Source: an uncultured Clostridia bacterium
GTDB taxonomy: Bacteria; Bacillota; Clostridia; TANB77; CAG-508
Direction of reading: 5' to 3'
DNA: 64,000 bases
NCBI GenBank assembly: GCA_947628735.1
Contig: CANRAY010000003.1
Span: 23,028-87,027 of the forward strand
The notes beneath the pieces were generated by a model. It searched no databases. It was not told the origin of the DNA and saw only the letters and a list, made by a program, of their open reading frames with translations. The position numbers were made by a program, and so were the translations under genes. Numbering within the stretch: the first letter of the stretch is position 1; each line of letters starts with the position of its first letter. Shown here one piece after another: positions 1 to 10,532 of this stretch.

Positions 1-2820
1 TGGAAGAAATGGCCAGTTGATAAAAAAGTAACCAATGACCTAAAAAATACTGCGAAAGAAATACGTGATAAAGTAAAAAAACAATATAATAGTTTCTGCA
101 TAGGTGAAAATTCAGAAGAAGCAATAAAAGATATTAAAGACATGTATCCAATATTAAAAGAACTAGAAAAATTAATCATAGAATTTAACCAATTATTCCA
201 TGAAAAGAAAAAAGAGAAGAATATTGTTGATTTTAATGACATTGAACATTTTGCTTTAAATATTCTTGTAAAAGAACAAGATGGGAAAATAGAAAAAACA
301 GAAGTAGCTAAAAGATATCAAGAAAAGTTTGTGGAAATTGCAATAGATGAATATCAAGACAGTAATTATGTTCAAGAATATATTTTAAATAGTATTTCAA
401 ATGGAAATAATATCTTTATGGTAGGGGATGTAAAGCAAAGTATTTATAAATTTAGACAAGCAAGTCCTGAACTTTTCTTGGAAAAATACAATACATATCA
501 ACTAAAGGAGGAGAAAAGTTCAGAAAAAGGACTAAAAATACAATTATTTAAAAATTTTAGAAGTAGAGAAAATATATTAGAAGTTACCAATCTTATCTTT
601 GAAAACATTATGAGTAATGAGGTTGGCAACGTAGAATATAATGAAACAGAATTTTTAAATTATGGAGCTAATTATTCAGAACCAGAAGAAAAAGATAGCA
701 ATTTTGCAGGAATAGCAGAACTAGATATTATTGACTTAAAAGAAGAAAATGATGAAGAAGATAATAATACAAATCAAGAAGAAAATGAAAAAGTAGACGA
801 TATAATAGAGAATACAGTATTAGAAGCAAAATTAGTGGCACAGAAAGTAAAACAATTAGTTGAAAGTAACTACATGGTATATGACAAGAAAAAAGGATAT
901 AGAAAAATTACATATAAAGATATTTGCATTTTATTAAGAGCATCATCAAAACTATCACCTATTTATGAAAAAGAAATACAAGAATTAGAAATCCCAGTAT
1001 TTAGTGATAGTTCATCTACTTATTTAGAATCAATGGAAGTACAAACCATTATGGCACTATTAAAAGCAATTGACAATCCAATGCAAGATATTCCATTAGT
1101 AACAGTATTAAGATCTACAATTGGAGGTTTTAGTGATAATGAATTAATACAAATTCGATTAGTAGATAAAAATCATACTTTCTTTGAATCAATGATAAAA
1201 GCAAAACTAAGTGTAGAAGCATCATTAAGAGATAAAATAGAAAGACTTTTAGAACAAATAGATATATGGAGAAAAGAAGAAAAATATTTAGAATTAGATG
1301 AATTTATATGGAAAATCTATATGGAAACAGGATTTTACCATTATGTTGGACTATTACCAAATGGAAACTTAAGACAAGCAAATTTAAAATTGTTATTTGA
1401 AAAAGCAAAACAATATGAAAAGGCAAGTTTTAAAGGGTTATTTAATTTTATTAATTTTATGGATAAAGTAAAAACAAACAGCAGTGATGTGGGCTCAGCA
1501 AAATTAATAGGTGAAAACGATAATGTGGTCAGAATTATGAGTATTCATAAAAGTAAAGGTCTAGAATTTCCAGTAGTATTTTTATGCAATACAGGAAAGC
1601 AATTTAATATGCAAGATTTAAAAAGTCCTATCTTATTACACCAAACTATGGGAATAGGGGTAAAATATATAGATAGTGAAAGAAAGATAACATATGACAC
1701 CTTAAGCAAAGAGGCATTAAAATTAGCAATGAAAAGAGAAAGCATTTCAGAAGAAATGAGAATTCTATATGTAGCATTAACTCGTGCAAAGGAAAAATTA
1801 ATAATTACAGGACTTACAAAAAATCTAGAAAAATCTTTAAAAACTAAACAGGAAGAACTTGAAATATATCAAGATAATTCATTAGATAAAAGAAAAATAA
1901 ATGAAAATTTAATTGAAAAATATATAACTTATTTAGATTGGATAGAATTAGTTTATTTATATAATAAAGAAAAAATAAATAATATCATAGAATTACACAC
2001 TTATAAGAAAAATGATATTTTAACAGATGTAAAAGAAGAAAAGCAAGAAATTGATTTTAATAAATTAATAGAAGAAGAAAAGAAAAAAATTAAGCCAGAA
2101 GAAAAGAAAATTTTAGAACAAAGAATCAAAAAAGTATTAGAATGGCAATATGAGCATATGTCTTCGACAATAATGCCAACTAAAACTTCAGTTACAAAAC
2201 TAAAACAAACCGAAGAGCTAAAAGAAGAAGGCATTAGTGACATAAAAGAAGTTATAGAAAAACAAAAGAAAACAGCAATAAAAGTAGAATTAACTGATAT
2301 ACCAGAATTTATAAAAGAAAAGAAAACATTAACTGCAATGCAAAAAGGTACATTAATGCATTTATGTGTACAAAAATTAAATGAAAAAAATAAATATACA
2401 GAAAATGAATTAATGCAATGGATACAAGAGTTATATGAAAATAATATTATTTCAGAATTAGAAAAAAATAATATTAATATAAAAGCATTAAAACGATATG
2501 TAGATTCAGATTTATATAAAGATTTACAAACAGCTAAAGAAATTCATAAAGAAACACCTTTTTATATTAATATTTCCGCTAAAAATATTATGCCAGAAGC
2601 GGAAGATGAAAATATTTTAGTACAAGGAATTATTGACTTATATTATATTAACAAAGAAGGAAAATTAGTGTTAGTAGACTATAAAACCGACTATATTCAG
2701 CCTGGTGAAGAAAAATCATTAGAAGAAAAATATAAAATACAATTGGAATTATATAAACAGGCACTAGAAAAATCACTAGGAAGATCAGTAGACAAAGTGA
2801 TGATTTATAATTTAAATTAA
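1..2820 (+). CDS. addA: ATP-dependent helicase/nuclease subunit A (5' end outside window)
   Basis: Frame open from base 1. UvrD-type motifs IDEYQD, VGDVKQSIYKFR, MSIHKSKGLEF, LYVALTRAK; C-terminal nuclease motif GIID...DYKTD. Confidence 0.95.
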   Translation, partial: WKKWPVDKKVTNDLKNTAKEIRDKVKKQYNSFCIGENSEEAIKDIKDMYPILKELEKLIIEFNQLFHEKKKEKNIVDFNDIEHFALNILVKEQDGKIEKTEVAKRYQEKFVEIAIDEYQDSNYVQEYILNSISNGNNIFMVGDVKQSIYKFRQASPELFLEKYNTYQLKEEKSSEKGLKIQLFKNFRSRENILEVTNLIFENIMSNEVGNVEYNETEFLNYGANYSEPEEKDSNFAGIAELDIIDLKEENDEEDNNTNQEENEKVDDIIENTVLEAKLVAQKVKQLVESNYMVYDKKKGYRKITYKDICILLRASSKLSPIYEKEIQELEIPVFSDSSSTYLESMEVQTIMALLKAIDNPMQDIPLVTVLRSTIGGFSDNELIQIRLVDKNHTFFESMIKAKLSVEASLRDKIERLLEQIDIWRKEEKYLELDEFIWKIYMETGFYHYVGLLPNGNLRQANLKLLFEKAKQYEKASFKGLFNFINFMDKVKTNSSDVGSAKLIGENDNVVRIMSIHKSKGLEFPVVFLCNTGKQFNMQDLKSPILLHQTMGIGVKYIDSERKITYDTLSKEALKLAMKRESISEEMRILYVALTRAKEKLIITGLTKNLEKSLKTKQEELEIYQDNSLDKRKINENLIEKYITYLDWIELVYLYNKEKINNIIELHTYKKNDILTDVKEEKQEIDFNKLIEEEKKKIKPEEKKILEQRIKKVLEWQYEHMSSTIMPTKTSVTKLKQTEELKEEGISDIKEVIEKQKKTAIKVELTDIPEFIKEKKTLTAMQKGTLMHLCVQKLNEKNKYTENELMQWIQELYENNIISELEKNNINIKALKRYVDSDLYKDLQTAKEIHKETPFYINISAKNIMPEAEDENILVQGIIDLYYINKEGKLVLVDYKTDYIQPGEEKSLEEKYKIQLELYKQALEKSLGRSVDKVMIYNLN

Positions 2821-2898
2821 CAAAAATAATATCTAAAAGCAGAACTATTACAAAATAAAACGCATACCATATAATAATACTGAAAGAAGGGATATTAT

Positions 2899-3252
2899 AT
2901 GCTAGATTTTATTATAAATGGAATCTTTTGGGTACTTGCTTTATATGGATTGTTCGAAATAATCAAAAATATAATATACATATGGTCATACACAAATATA
3001 AAATCAGAAGGCATTTACATAGTGGTTGCTACTAAAAATCAAGAAGAAAAGATAGAAGGATTTTTAAGGACAGTTCTATTTAGAATGATTTATGGAAGGG
3101 AAGAATGTATAAAAGAATTAATAGTAACTGACTTAGATTCAAATGATAATACATCAGAAATATTAGATAAACTTAGTCTAGAATATAATTTTATAAAATC
3201 AATAAAATGGAAAGATTGCAAAAAATTAATGGATCACATAGACGAATCTTAA
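2899..3252 (+). CDS. Small membrane-anchored protein with a glycosyltransferase-2-like N-terminal fold
   Basis: N-terminal TM helix; IVVATKNQEEKIEG and DLDSND resemble GT2 motifs; SD AAGG. Confidence 0.6.
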   Translation: MLDFIINGIFWVLALYGLFEIIKNIIYIWSYTNIKSEGIYIVVATKNQEEKIEGFLRTVLFRMIYGREECIKELIVTDLDSNDNTSEILDKLSLEYNFIKSIKWKDCKKLMDHIDES

Positions 3253-3257
3253 AAATG

Positions 3258-3293
3258 AAAAGCCCCACCAACCAAAGAATGGCTGGTGGGGTT
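3258..3293 (-). terminator. Intrinsic terminator between convergent genes
   Basis: GCCCCACCA...TGGTGGGGT stem; T-tract on the minus strand. Confidence 0.7.
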
Positions 3294-3332
3294 GTGACTT
3301 TGGGGAATTTACCAAAAGATCACAGGGTTCCA

Positions 3333-4343
3333 TTATTTACTTTTGATGTCGACAAGGCATACACCATTGGAAATACGCCAACTAACATCATATCCTAACT
3401 CGTTGGTAAGAATACGAACAGGAACCAGTGTTGTGCCATTTCGAGCAAACGGTGCAACATCTCCAGTCTTGTAAGAACCATTTATCCAATAAGTGGAATT
3501 GTTAAGCCAAAGAGCTAACCAGAAATTGTCTCTCTTGATAGAAACACGACTGCCATACTCAGGCTCCCAAATCACCTCGCAACCAAAATAACGAGCGATT
3601 GCTGCTACAGGCAACATTGTGTATCCAGGAGAGATAACTGTTCCTCCATAGTAGGGAAAGTCCATGCGAGTACCATTCAATGTAACAACAACAGGAGTTT
3701 CCTTATTGTTATTAACAAATACGATGTTATCGTAAATGGTAAGTGTGTAACCATAGCGTTCACACCAATCCGCAAGTGAAGACTTCTCAACTCCCTGAAC
3801 GAAGATAAGTCCTTCAGTTTCTTTTGGAAACAGCTTAGGAATGTCTACAGAGGGAACATAGATATACGCTTTTGGATCCTTAACTTTGGTTTCAACAAAG
3901 ACTGATGCATTTGTCCGTACACCATTCACATAAATTGTGGCAGGAACTTCACCCTTATCAGCTACCTGATCATCAGGGAGATGAAGAACATCACCATCTG
4001 TCCAGAAGTAAAGGGTAGAGATGTTGTAGGAATACGAATATCCAAGCCTGTCAGCCCAATAGATCAAATCATATGGGCCAGATGCCGAGACATTGTAATC
4101 CTTAACCTTGGGGAAAATGCCGGAAAGTTGCCGATAGGTTTGTACGTACACTTCCAATTCTCCAGTGTCAGCGTCAGAAACGCACAGATCTGCTTTGCCC
4201 ATCTTCACATTGTCGACATAAATGTCAGGGGTCAAATTGAACGTATCTGCTGCACTGGCAGTTGTGGCGGTGCCAACCATCATTGAGAGGGCTAACACCA
4301 GGGTCAGGATGAGGCTACAGAGCCTCCGAGTCTGCTTCTTCAT
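3333..4343 (-). CDS. Secreted protein with C-terminal copper amine oxidase N-terminal (stalk) domain; probably horizontally acquired
   Basis: SD AAGGAGG before ATG at 4343; signal peptide ending ASA-A; TMLPV...V.W and APFARNGTTLVPVR motifs; visibly higher GC than flanks. Confidence 0.75.
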   Translation of the reverse strand: MKKQTRRLCSLILTLVLALSMMVGTATTASAADTFNLTPDIYVDNVKMGKADLCVSDADTGELEVYVQTYRQLSGIFPKVKDYNVSASGPYDLIYWADRLGYSYSYNISTLYFWTDGDVLHLPDDQVADKGEVPATIYVNGVRTNASVFVETKVKDPKAYIYVPSVDIPKLFPKETEGLIFVQGVEKSSLADWCERYGYTLTIYDNIVFVNNNKETPVVVTLNGTRMDFPYYGGTVISPGYTMLPVAAIARYFGCEVIWEPEYGSRVSIKRDNFWLALWLNNSTYWINGSYKTGDVAPFARNGTTLVPVRILTNELGYDVSWRISNGVCLVDIKSK

Positions 4344-4501
4344 TGCATACATCCTCCTTCTAAAATAAATATTGTCTTGCAACTTGAAACATATATGTTA
4401 ACATATAAGAGGATTACATAGAATTCCACCTCTTATATGAGGAACCAATTAAGAATGTTTATTACAAACATTCTTTTATCTACAAAAATGTAGACATTAT
4501 A

Positions 4502-4530
4502 ATTATAGCATAATATAGCAAGATTTTCAA
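4502..4530 (-). promoter_or_regulatory. Sigma-A promoter
   Basis: Minus strand TTGAAA-17 nt-TATAAT with extended TG. Confidence 0.7.
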
Positions 4531-4611
4531 ATTATACCAATAAAGTATTGATTAATTTTTAAAATAAATATAAAATGTTAAAATAAGCCAAAAAGTAAAG
4601 AGGTTTTTGTA

Positions 4612-6840
4612 TTGGAAATTACAGGAGAAGTAAAAGAAATTATCTATAAAAATGAATTGAATAGCTACTGTATTGCTGAATTTGAAACAGAAGAAGGAGA
4701 AATAACAATAGTAGGATATTTACCATTTATTAATGTCGGAGATACAATTAAAGCAATTGGAAATATTGTGGAACATCCAGAATATGGAGAACAATTTAAA
4801 ATAGACACTTTTGAAAAAATGCTACCACAAAGCTTAGATGCACTAGAAAGGTATTTATCTAATGGAACAATAAAAGGAGTAGGACCTGCGACAGCAAAAA
4901 AAATAATAGAAACATTTGGAGAAGAAACCATTCAAGTTTTTAAATTAGAACCAGAAAGATTGTCACAAATAAAAGGAATTACAAAAGAAAAAGCTTATGA
5001 AATAGCAGAAAGTTTTATAGAAAATTGGGAAATCTGGCAAATTGTGGGATTTTTAGATAAATTTGGAATAGGACCACAAAGTGCAGAAACTATTTATAAA
5101 AAATTAGGCGTAAATGCTATGGAAGAGATTCAATCAAATCCATATTTGCTAGTAGACTTAGTAAATAAAGTTAACTTCAGTCAAATTGATAAAATGGCAT
5201 TAGAAATTGGAATGGATGATACAAACGAAAAACGTATTCGCAGTGGTATTAAACATGCTTTAATTTTAACAACATATAATGGACATTGCTCAGTTTTATA
5301 TGAAAATCTAATCCAATTTGTAAAAAAAATATTAAATATTGATGAAGAATCAATTGAAAATGTACTAATTAATATGAAAGTAAAAGAAGAAGTTATTATT
5401 GTAGATATAGATGAAAAAGAATGGGTATATTTAATGCCATACTATAAGGCTGAGAAAACAGTAGCAGAAAAGTTAATAACGCTAAAGCAATATAAAAATA
5501 TAAAACATATTGACAGATTTAAAAAAGAATTAGAAAAGGTTGAAAAAAAATCCAATATTGAATTATCAGATATGCAAAAAGAAGCTGTTAAAGCTATTAA
5601 TGAAAACAATGTATGTGTTATTACAGGAGGACCAGGAACAGGAAAAACAACAATTATAAAAACTATTATTGAATTATATAAACAAAATGAAATGAAACCA
5701 GTTCTTTGTGCACCAACAGGAAGAGCAGCAAAAAGAATGACAGAAACAACTGGAAATGAAGCTAAAACCTTACATAGACTTTTAGAAATTGGAAGTATTA
5801 TATCAGATGACACTCAAAATATAAATATGGATTACTCAGTAGCACCAATTGATGCAGACATAATTATTGTTGATGAAATGTCAATGGTAGATATTTTCTT
5901 AATGAATTATTTATGCAAAGCCATTTACAATGGAACCAAATTAGTACTAGTAGGAGATATTGATCAATTACCATCTGTAGGACCAGGAAATGTATTAAAA
6001 GACATTATTGAATCAAATCAAATTATAACAATTACACTTAATAAAATTTTTAGACAAGCAGCCCAAAGTAAAATTATTGTTAATTCACATAGGGTAAATG
6101 ATGGAAATCAGTTTATTTCAAAAGAAGAAATAGAAGAAGAACAAGAAAACTACTTAGATGACTTTTTCTATATCAATGAGGGTAATAAAATTAAAATATT
6201 AGATCAAGTTATTTCATTAAGTGGAGAACGATTGAAAAAATATGGAGATTATGACTTTTTAAAGAATATACAAGTAATAACTCCAACTAAAAAAGGAGAA
6301 TTAGGAACTAAAGAATTAAATAAACAATTACAAGAAACAGTAAATCCAGCAAATGAAATGAAACAAGAAAGAAAATTTGGAGAAACTATTTTCCGTGAAG
6401 GAGATAGGATTATGCAAATTAAAAATAATTATGAAATGTACTGGGAAAAACATGGTGTAAGTTTTGAAACAGGAAGCGGAGTTTTTAATGGAGAATTTGG
6501 AACAATTGAAAATATAAATGAAAAAGAAAAGCAAATGCAAATTAGATTTGATGATGATAAATTAGCTTGGTATCAATTTAATGAATTAGAACAAATTGAA
6601 CATGCTTATGCAATTACTGTACATAAATCACAAGGAAGTGAATTTGATGTTGTAATCATGCCAATCAGCCAAACAGCACCAATGTTATTGACCAGAAATT
6701 TATTATATACAGGAATGACAAGAGCCAAAAAGCTATTAATTATTATAGGAAACAAAAATATTTTAGATTTTATGATACGAAATGCAGACAATAAAAAAAG
6801 AAATACGGGTTTAGCATATCAATTACAAAATATAAAATAA
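4612..6840 (+). CDS. recD2: RecD2-like SF1B helicase
   Basis: HhH GVGPATA, Walker A GGPGTGKT, DEMSM, AYAITVHKSQGSE, TRAK. Confidence 0.93.
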   Translation: MEITGEVKEIIYKNELNSYCIAEFETEEGEITIVGYLPFINVGDTIKAIGNIVEHPEYGEQFKIDTFEKMLPQSLDALERYLSNGTIKGVGPATAKKIIETFGEETIQVFKLEPERLSQIKGITKEKAYEIAESFIENWEIWQIVGFLDKFGIGPQSAETIYKKLGVNAMEEIQSNPYLLVDLVNKVNFSQIDKMALEIGMDDTNEKRIRSGIKHALILTTYNGHCSVLYENLIQFVKKILNIDEESIENVLINMKVKEEVIIVDIDEKEWVYLMPYYKAEKTVAEKLITLKQYKNIKHIDRFKKELEKVEKKSNIELSDMQKEAVKAINENNVCVITGGPGTGKTTIIKTIIELYKQNEMKPVLCAPTGRAAKRMTETTGNEAKTLHRLLEIGSIISDDTQNINMDYSVAPIDADIIIVDEMSMVDIFLMNYLCKAIYNGTKLVLVGDIDQLPSVGPGNVLKDIIESNQIITITLNKIFRQAAQSKIIVNSHRVNDGNQFISKEEIEEEQENYLDDFFYINEGNKIKILDQVISLSGERLKKYGDYDFLKNIQVITPTKKGELGTKELNKQLQETVNPANEMKQERKFGETIFREGDRIMQIKNNYEMYWEKHGVSFETGSGVFNGEFGTIENINEKEKQMQIRFDDDKLAWYQFNELEQIEHAYAITVHKSQGSEFDVVIMPISQTAPMLLTRNLLYTGMTRAKKLLIIIGNKNILDFMIRNADNKKRNTGLAYQLQNIK

Positions 6841-6869
6841 AATATTCGGGGGCAGATTTAGGAGGTTTT

Positions 6870-7508
6870 ATGAACTTTTTAAAATATGTTCTCGATTTTA
6901 TTTTTCCACCGATTTGTGGAATATGTAATCAATTAGGAGAAGGGTTTTTATGTAAAAATTGCGAAAAAGAATTGCAAAATTATTTGTACAAAAATGAAAA
7001 ACAAGAAAAAGAAGATGAAAGATTTCATTTATTAAAATATGAGGAGTTAATTCGAAATAAAATAATTACATATAAATTTGAAGATAAAAATTACCTTTGT
7101 CATTTATTTTCTACTTTAATTTTGCATCAAAAAGAAGCTTGTACATTTCTAAAACAATATGATATGATTTTACCAATACCAATTCATGCAAAAAGAAAAA
7201 GAGAAAGAGGATATAATCAAAGTGAATTAGTAGCAAAAGAAGTAGCTAAAGCTTTGAATATACAAATTCAAAATGACATTTTATTAAAACAAAAAAACAC
7301 AAAACCACAAAGTAGTTTAAAAAGAGAAGATCGATTAAAAAATGTACAAGGAGTATATAAAATAAAAAATAGGAACAAAATACAAGAAAAGAGTATTGTT
7401 ATATTTGACGATATATATACAACAGGAGCGACAACAAAACAATGTAGAAAAATGTTAAAAGAAGCAGGAGCTAAAAGAGTTGGAATTTTCACAATAGCAA
7501 AAGATTAA
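6870..7508 (+). CDS. comF: ComF family competence protein
   Basis: N-terminal CxxC...CxxC, RGYNQS, FDDIYTTGAT PRPP-binding motif. Confidence 0.9.
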   Translation: MNFLKYVLDFIFPPICGICNQLGEGFLCKNCEKELQNYLYKNEKQEKEDERFHLLKYEELIRNKIITYKFEDKNYLCHLFSTLILHQKEACTFLKQYDMILPIPIHAKRKRERGYNQSELVAKEVAKALNIQIQNDILLKQKNTKPQSSLKREDRLKNVQGVYKIKNRNKIQEKSIVIFDDIYTTGATTKQCRKMLKEAGAKRVGIFTIAKD

Positions 7509-7651
7509 GCACGTAAAAATGATATAATTACCGCTTTTACAAATAAAGATTTTTTTATTTAAAAAATTCACAAAAAATTCATTGAAGAAAAAAGACAGTT
7601 TATGATAAAATGTAAAATAGTAATGGAAAAACAAAAGAAAGGATATGAAAA

Positions 7652-9637
7652 ATGGAAGATTTAGTAGAAAGCATATTAGACTATATTCGTTCTGATTATA
7701 CAGATTATGCCATTATGATTAATGGTGAATGGGGAAGTGGAAAAACATACTTTTGGAATCACAAAATAAAACCAAAAATAGAGTCTATGCAATTAAATGG
7801 AAAACGATATACAGCTATTTATATGTCTTTATATGGTATTTCAAACTTAGAGGAAATTAGCAAGAAAATTTTCATTGAAACTACTCAATTAATGGACAAA
7901 AATTTGAAGAAATTTATGGATGCGAGTGGTGTTAGCACAATTCCAGAGTATGCAAAAACAGGACTAGATATGGCTAATTTCTTTGGCGTAACACAAAATG
8001 GAGATAGAATAGATTATGGTGAGTTCTTTTCAACAGATGATAAGGTACTTTGTTTTGATGACTTAGAGAGAGCAAATGTAGATGTTATAGATATATTGGG
8101 ATATATAAATAATTTCGTAGAACATGATCATATAAAAACAATTATTATCTGTAATGAAAAAGAATTATCAACAAAATTAAAAAATAGCAATTTGGAAATG
8201 AAAACATTTATTGCTACTTATCTATTAGATAAACAAAATCAATTAAATGAAAAAACAGATAAACCAATGGTAGAAAGAATTCGTGATACTATTGAATATG
8301 TTTTTGACAAAGCAAATGATTATGAAAGAATTAAAGAAAAATTAATAGGTGAAACTTTTGAATATGCACCAGAATTTAATTATATTATTAATGGATTATT
8401 AATGCGATATGAAAAATATCCAGATTTAATTAGATTCTTAAGAGAAAATACAAACTTAATTATTTCTACATTTAATAAAAGTGGAACAAGAAATTTAAGA
8501 ATTTTAAAACATTCACTAACCAACTTTAAGAAAATATTTGATATGGTAAACAAGTCATATCCAAATACAAACCATCGTATTCTACAAACAATGTTAATTT
8601 TTACAATCGCTATTTCTTTTGAAATCAAAGCTGGAAAAATTACAAAAGATAAATTTGTTAATATTAACAATAATGAAGAATATAAGGCAATATTAGTATC
8701 TTCAAGAGTATTTATGGATAATCGCCAATTCTATATTAAAGAATTTGATAATAACTATTATTACAACTTTAAAGCAGAATATCGTTTCTTTAAATTTATA
8801 GAGATTTATGTACGTACACGTATTTTTGATATGAAAGTTTTTAAAGAAGATATGGAAGTAATCATAAATACAATTGATACTGATAAATTACCTGCATACA
8901 AGAGATTACTAACAGAGGAATATTGGAAAATTGCAGATGATCAGTTTAATGGAATGATAGAAGAAATTTTAGATGATGTAAAAAATGGAAAATTAGAATT
9001 AATTAATATTGTAAAATTATTTGCTTATTTTGCATACTTTATTAGAAAAGATTTAATTAATTATGACATGAGAACAATTACAAGCGTATTCTTAAATGGT
9101 ATGAATATTGCATCATTAACTTCATCATATTGTGATAATGTAGAAGAAGAATTGTCTAGAATTGCATTAGATGACGAACATTCAGAAGACATGGAAGAAA
9201 TACTAACACATTTTTATAACATCAATGAAAAATTGAAAGAAAAAATGTATATGGAAAAAGCAGAAGATATCTTCAAATGTATACCAATGAAAATGGAAGC
9301 ATTTTATGATAAATTTGATAAAGAATGTATGGATATACCAATATTTAAATATTATGATGTTTTCCAAATGTTCCAAAGAATATCATGTGCAAGTAATGAA
9401 GATATTGTAACAATTAAAGAAAAATTATTAGACAGAGCTAAGCGAAATGGAAAAAATCTACAAGCAGAATTGCCTAATTTGAAAAAGCTAAAACAAGTTA
9501 TGGATGATTATATAGATGGAAAACTACCAAGCATAAAATTAGTAATGCTACAAAACTTTTCAGATGAACTTGCTATTATTATAGAAGAGTATAAAAAGCA
9601 AATTGGAGAAGTAGAAACAGAACAGACAACATATTAA
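7652..9637 (+). CDS. KAP-family P-loop NTPase
   Basis: Walker A GEWGSGKT, Walker B LCFDDLER, KEKLIG, NLR motifs. Confidence 0.8.
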   Translation: MEDLVESILDYIRSDYTDYAIMINGEWGSGKTYFWNHKIKPKIESMQLNGKRYTAIYMSLYGISNLEEISKKIFIETTQLMDKNLKKFMDASGVSTIPEYAKTGLDMANFFGVTQNGDRIDYGEFFSTDDKVLCFDDLERANVDVIDILGYINNFVEHDHIKTIIICNEKELSTKLKNSNLEMKTFIATYLLDKQNQLNEKTDKPMVERIRDTIEYVFDKANDYERIKEKLIGETFEYAPEFNYIINGLLMRYEKYPDLIRFLRENTNLIISTFNKSGTRNLRILKHSLTNFKKIFDMVNKSYPNTNHRILQTMLIFTIAISFEIKAGKITKDKFVNINNNEEYKAILVSSRVFMDNRQFYIKEFDNNYYYNFKAEYRFFKFIEIYVRTRIFDMKVFKEDMEVIINTIDTDKLPAYKRLLTEEYWKIADDQFNGMIEEILDDVKNGKLELINIVKLFAYFAYFIRKDLINYDMRTITSVFLNGMNIASLTSSYCDNVEEELSRIALDDEHSEDMEEILTHFYNINEKLKEKMYMEKAEDIFKCIPMKMEAFYDKFDKECMDIPIFKYYDVFQMFQRISCASNEDIVTIKEKLLDRAKRNGKNLQAELPNLKKLKQVMDDYIDGKLPSIKLVMLQNFSDELAIIIEEYKKQIGEVETEQTTY

Positions 9638-9639
9638 AT

Positions 9640-9675
9640 AAAAAACGTCAAAGAAAAAACTTTGACGTTTTTTTT
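9640..9675 (+). terminator. Intrinsic terminator
   Basis: AAAAAACGTCAAAG-loop-CTTTGACGTTTTTT inverted repeat with T-run. Confidence 0.8.
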
Positions 9676-9772
9676 GTCAGAATTTATGAATAAAAATAGT
9701 AAAAAAAACAATAATAAGACTATAAAAGAAAAAATTAGAATATCAATATAAAGTTTAAAAGGAGGGAATGTT

Positions 9773-10327
9773 TTGAAAGCAACAGGTGTAGTAAGAAGAA
9801 TAGATGACTTGGGTAGAGTTGTTATTCCAAAGGAAATAAGAAAAACATTGAGAATAAAAGAGGGAGATCCACTTGAAATATTTACAGATAAAGAAGGAGA
9901 GGTTATATTAAAAAAATATTCTCCAATTGGAGAATTGTCTGAATTTGCTACAGAGTATGCGGAAACATTAGCAAAGACAACTGGACATATTGCTTGTATT
10001 ACAGATAAGGACACAGTTATTGCTGTTTCAGGTGGTTCAAAAAAAGAATTTTTAGAGCAAGGAATTAGCGAAGAATTAGAAAAAATTATGGAAGATAAAG
10101 AAAAATATACAAGTAAAGAAAACAATGATATAGCAGTTCCAATTACAAGACATGATAACAAAGAAAGAAAATTTAATGCACAAGTTGTATATCCAATTAT
10201 TTCTGATGGAGATGTAATTGGAAGTGTAATTTTACTTTCAAAAGAACCTGGAACTAAAATGACAGAAGTAGAACAAAAAGTTGTGCAATCTGCAGCAAGT
10301 TTTTTAGGAAGTCAAATGGAAATTTAA
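9773..10327 (+). CDS. spoVT: Stage V sporulation protein T (AbrB-GAF)
   Basis: MKATGVVRRIDDLGRVVIPKEIR AbrB domain plus GAF domain, 184 aa. Confidence 0.95.
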   Translation: MKATGVVRRIDDLGRVVIPKEIRKTLRIKEGDPLEIFTDKEGEVILKKYSPIGELSEFATEYAETLAKTTGHIACITDKDTVIAVSGGSKKEFLEQGISEELEKIMEDKEKYTSKENNDIAVPITRHDNKERKFNAQVVYPIISDGDVIGSVILLSKEPGTKMTEVEQKVVQSAASFLGSQMEI

Positions 10328-10363
10328 GCCGTGATTAAGCTATGAATCAAAGAAAGTAATCAG

Positions 10364-10396
10364 AATGTCATAAAAATGTCACAAAAATGTAACAAA
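10364..10396. repeat. Three tandem 11-bp direct repeats, candidate OmpR/PhoB-family operator
   Basis: AATGTCATAAA / AATGTCACAAA / AATGTAACAAA. Confidence 0.6.
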
Positions 10397-10532
10397 CGGA
10401 AAAAACGTTTAATATCAACGCTTTGAAAAATAAAAGAAAAAAGATTTAAAAATGTATACTTGCTTATTAAAAACAATTGTAGTATAAATATAATTGAAAT
10501 AAGTTATTTATAACTACAAAGGAGGAAATGTT

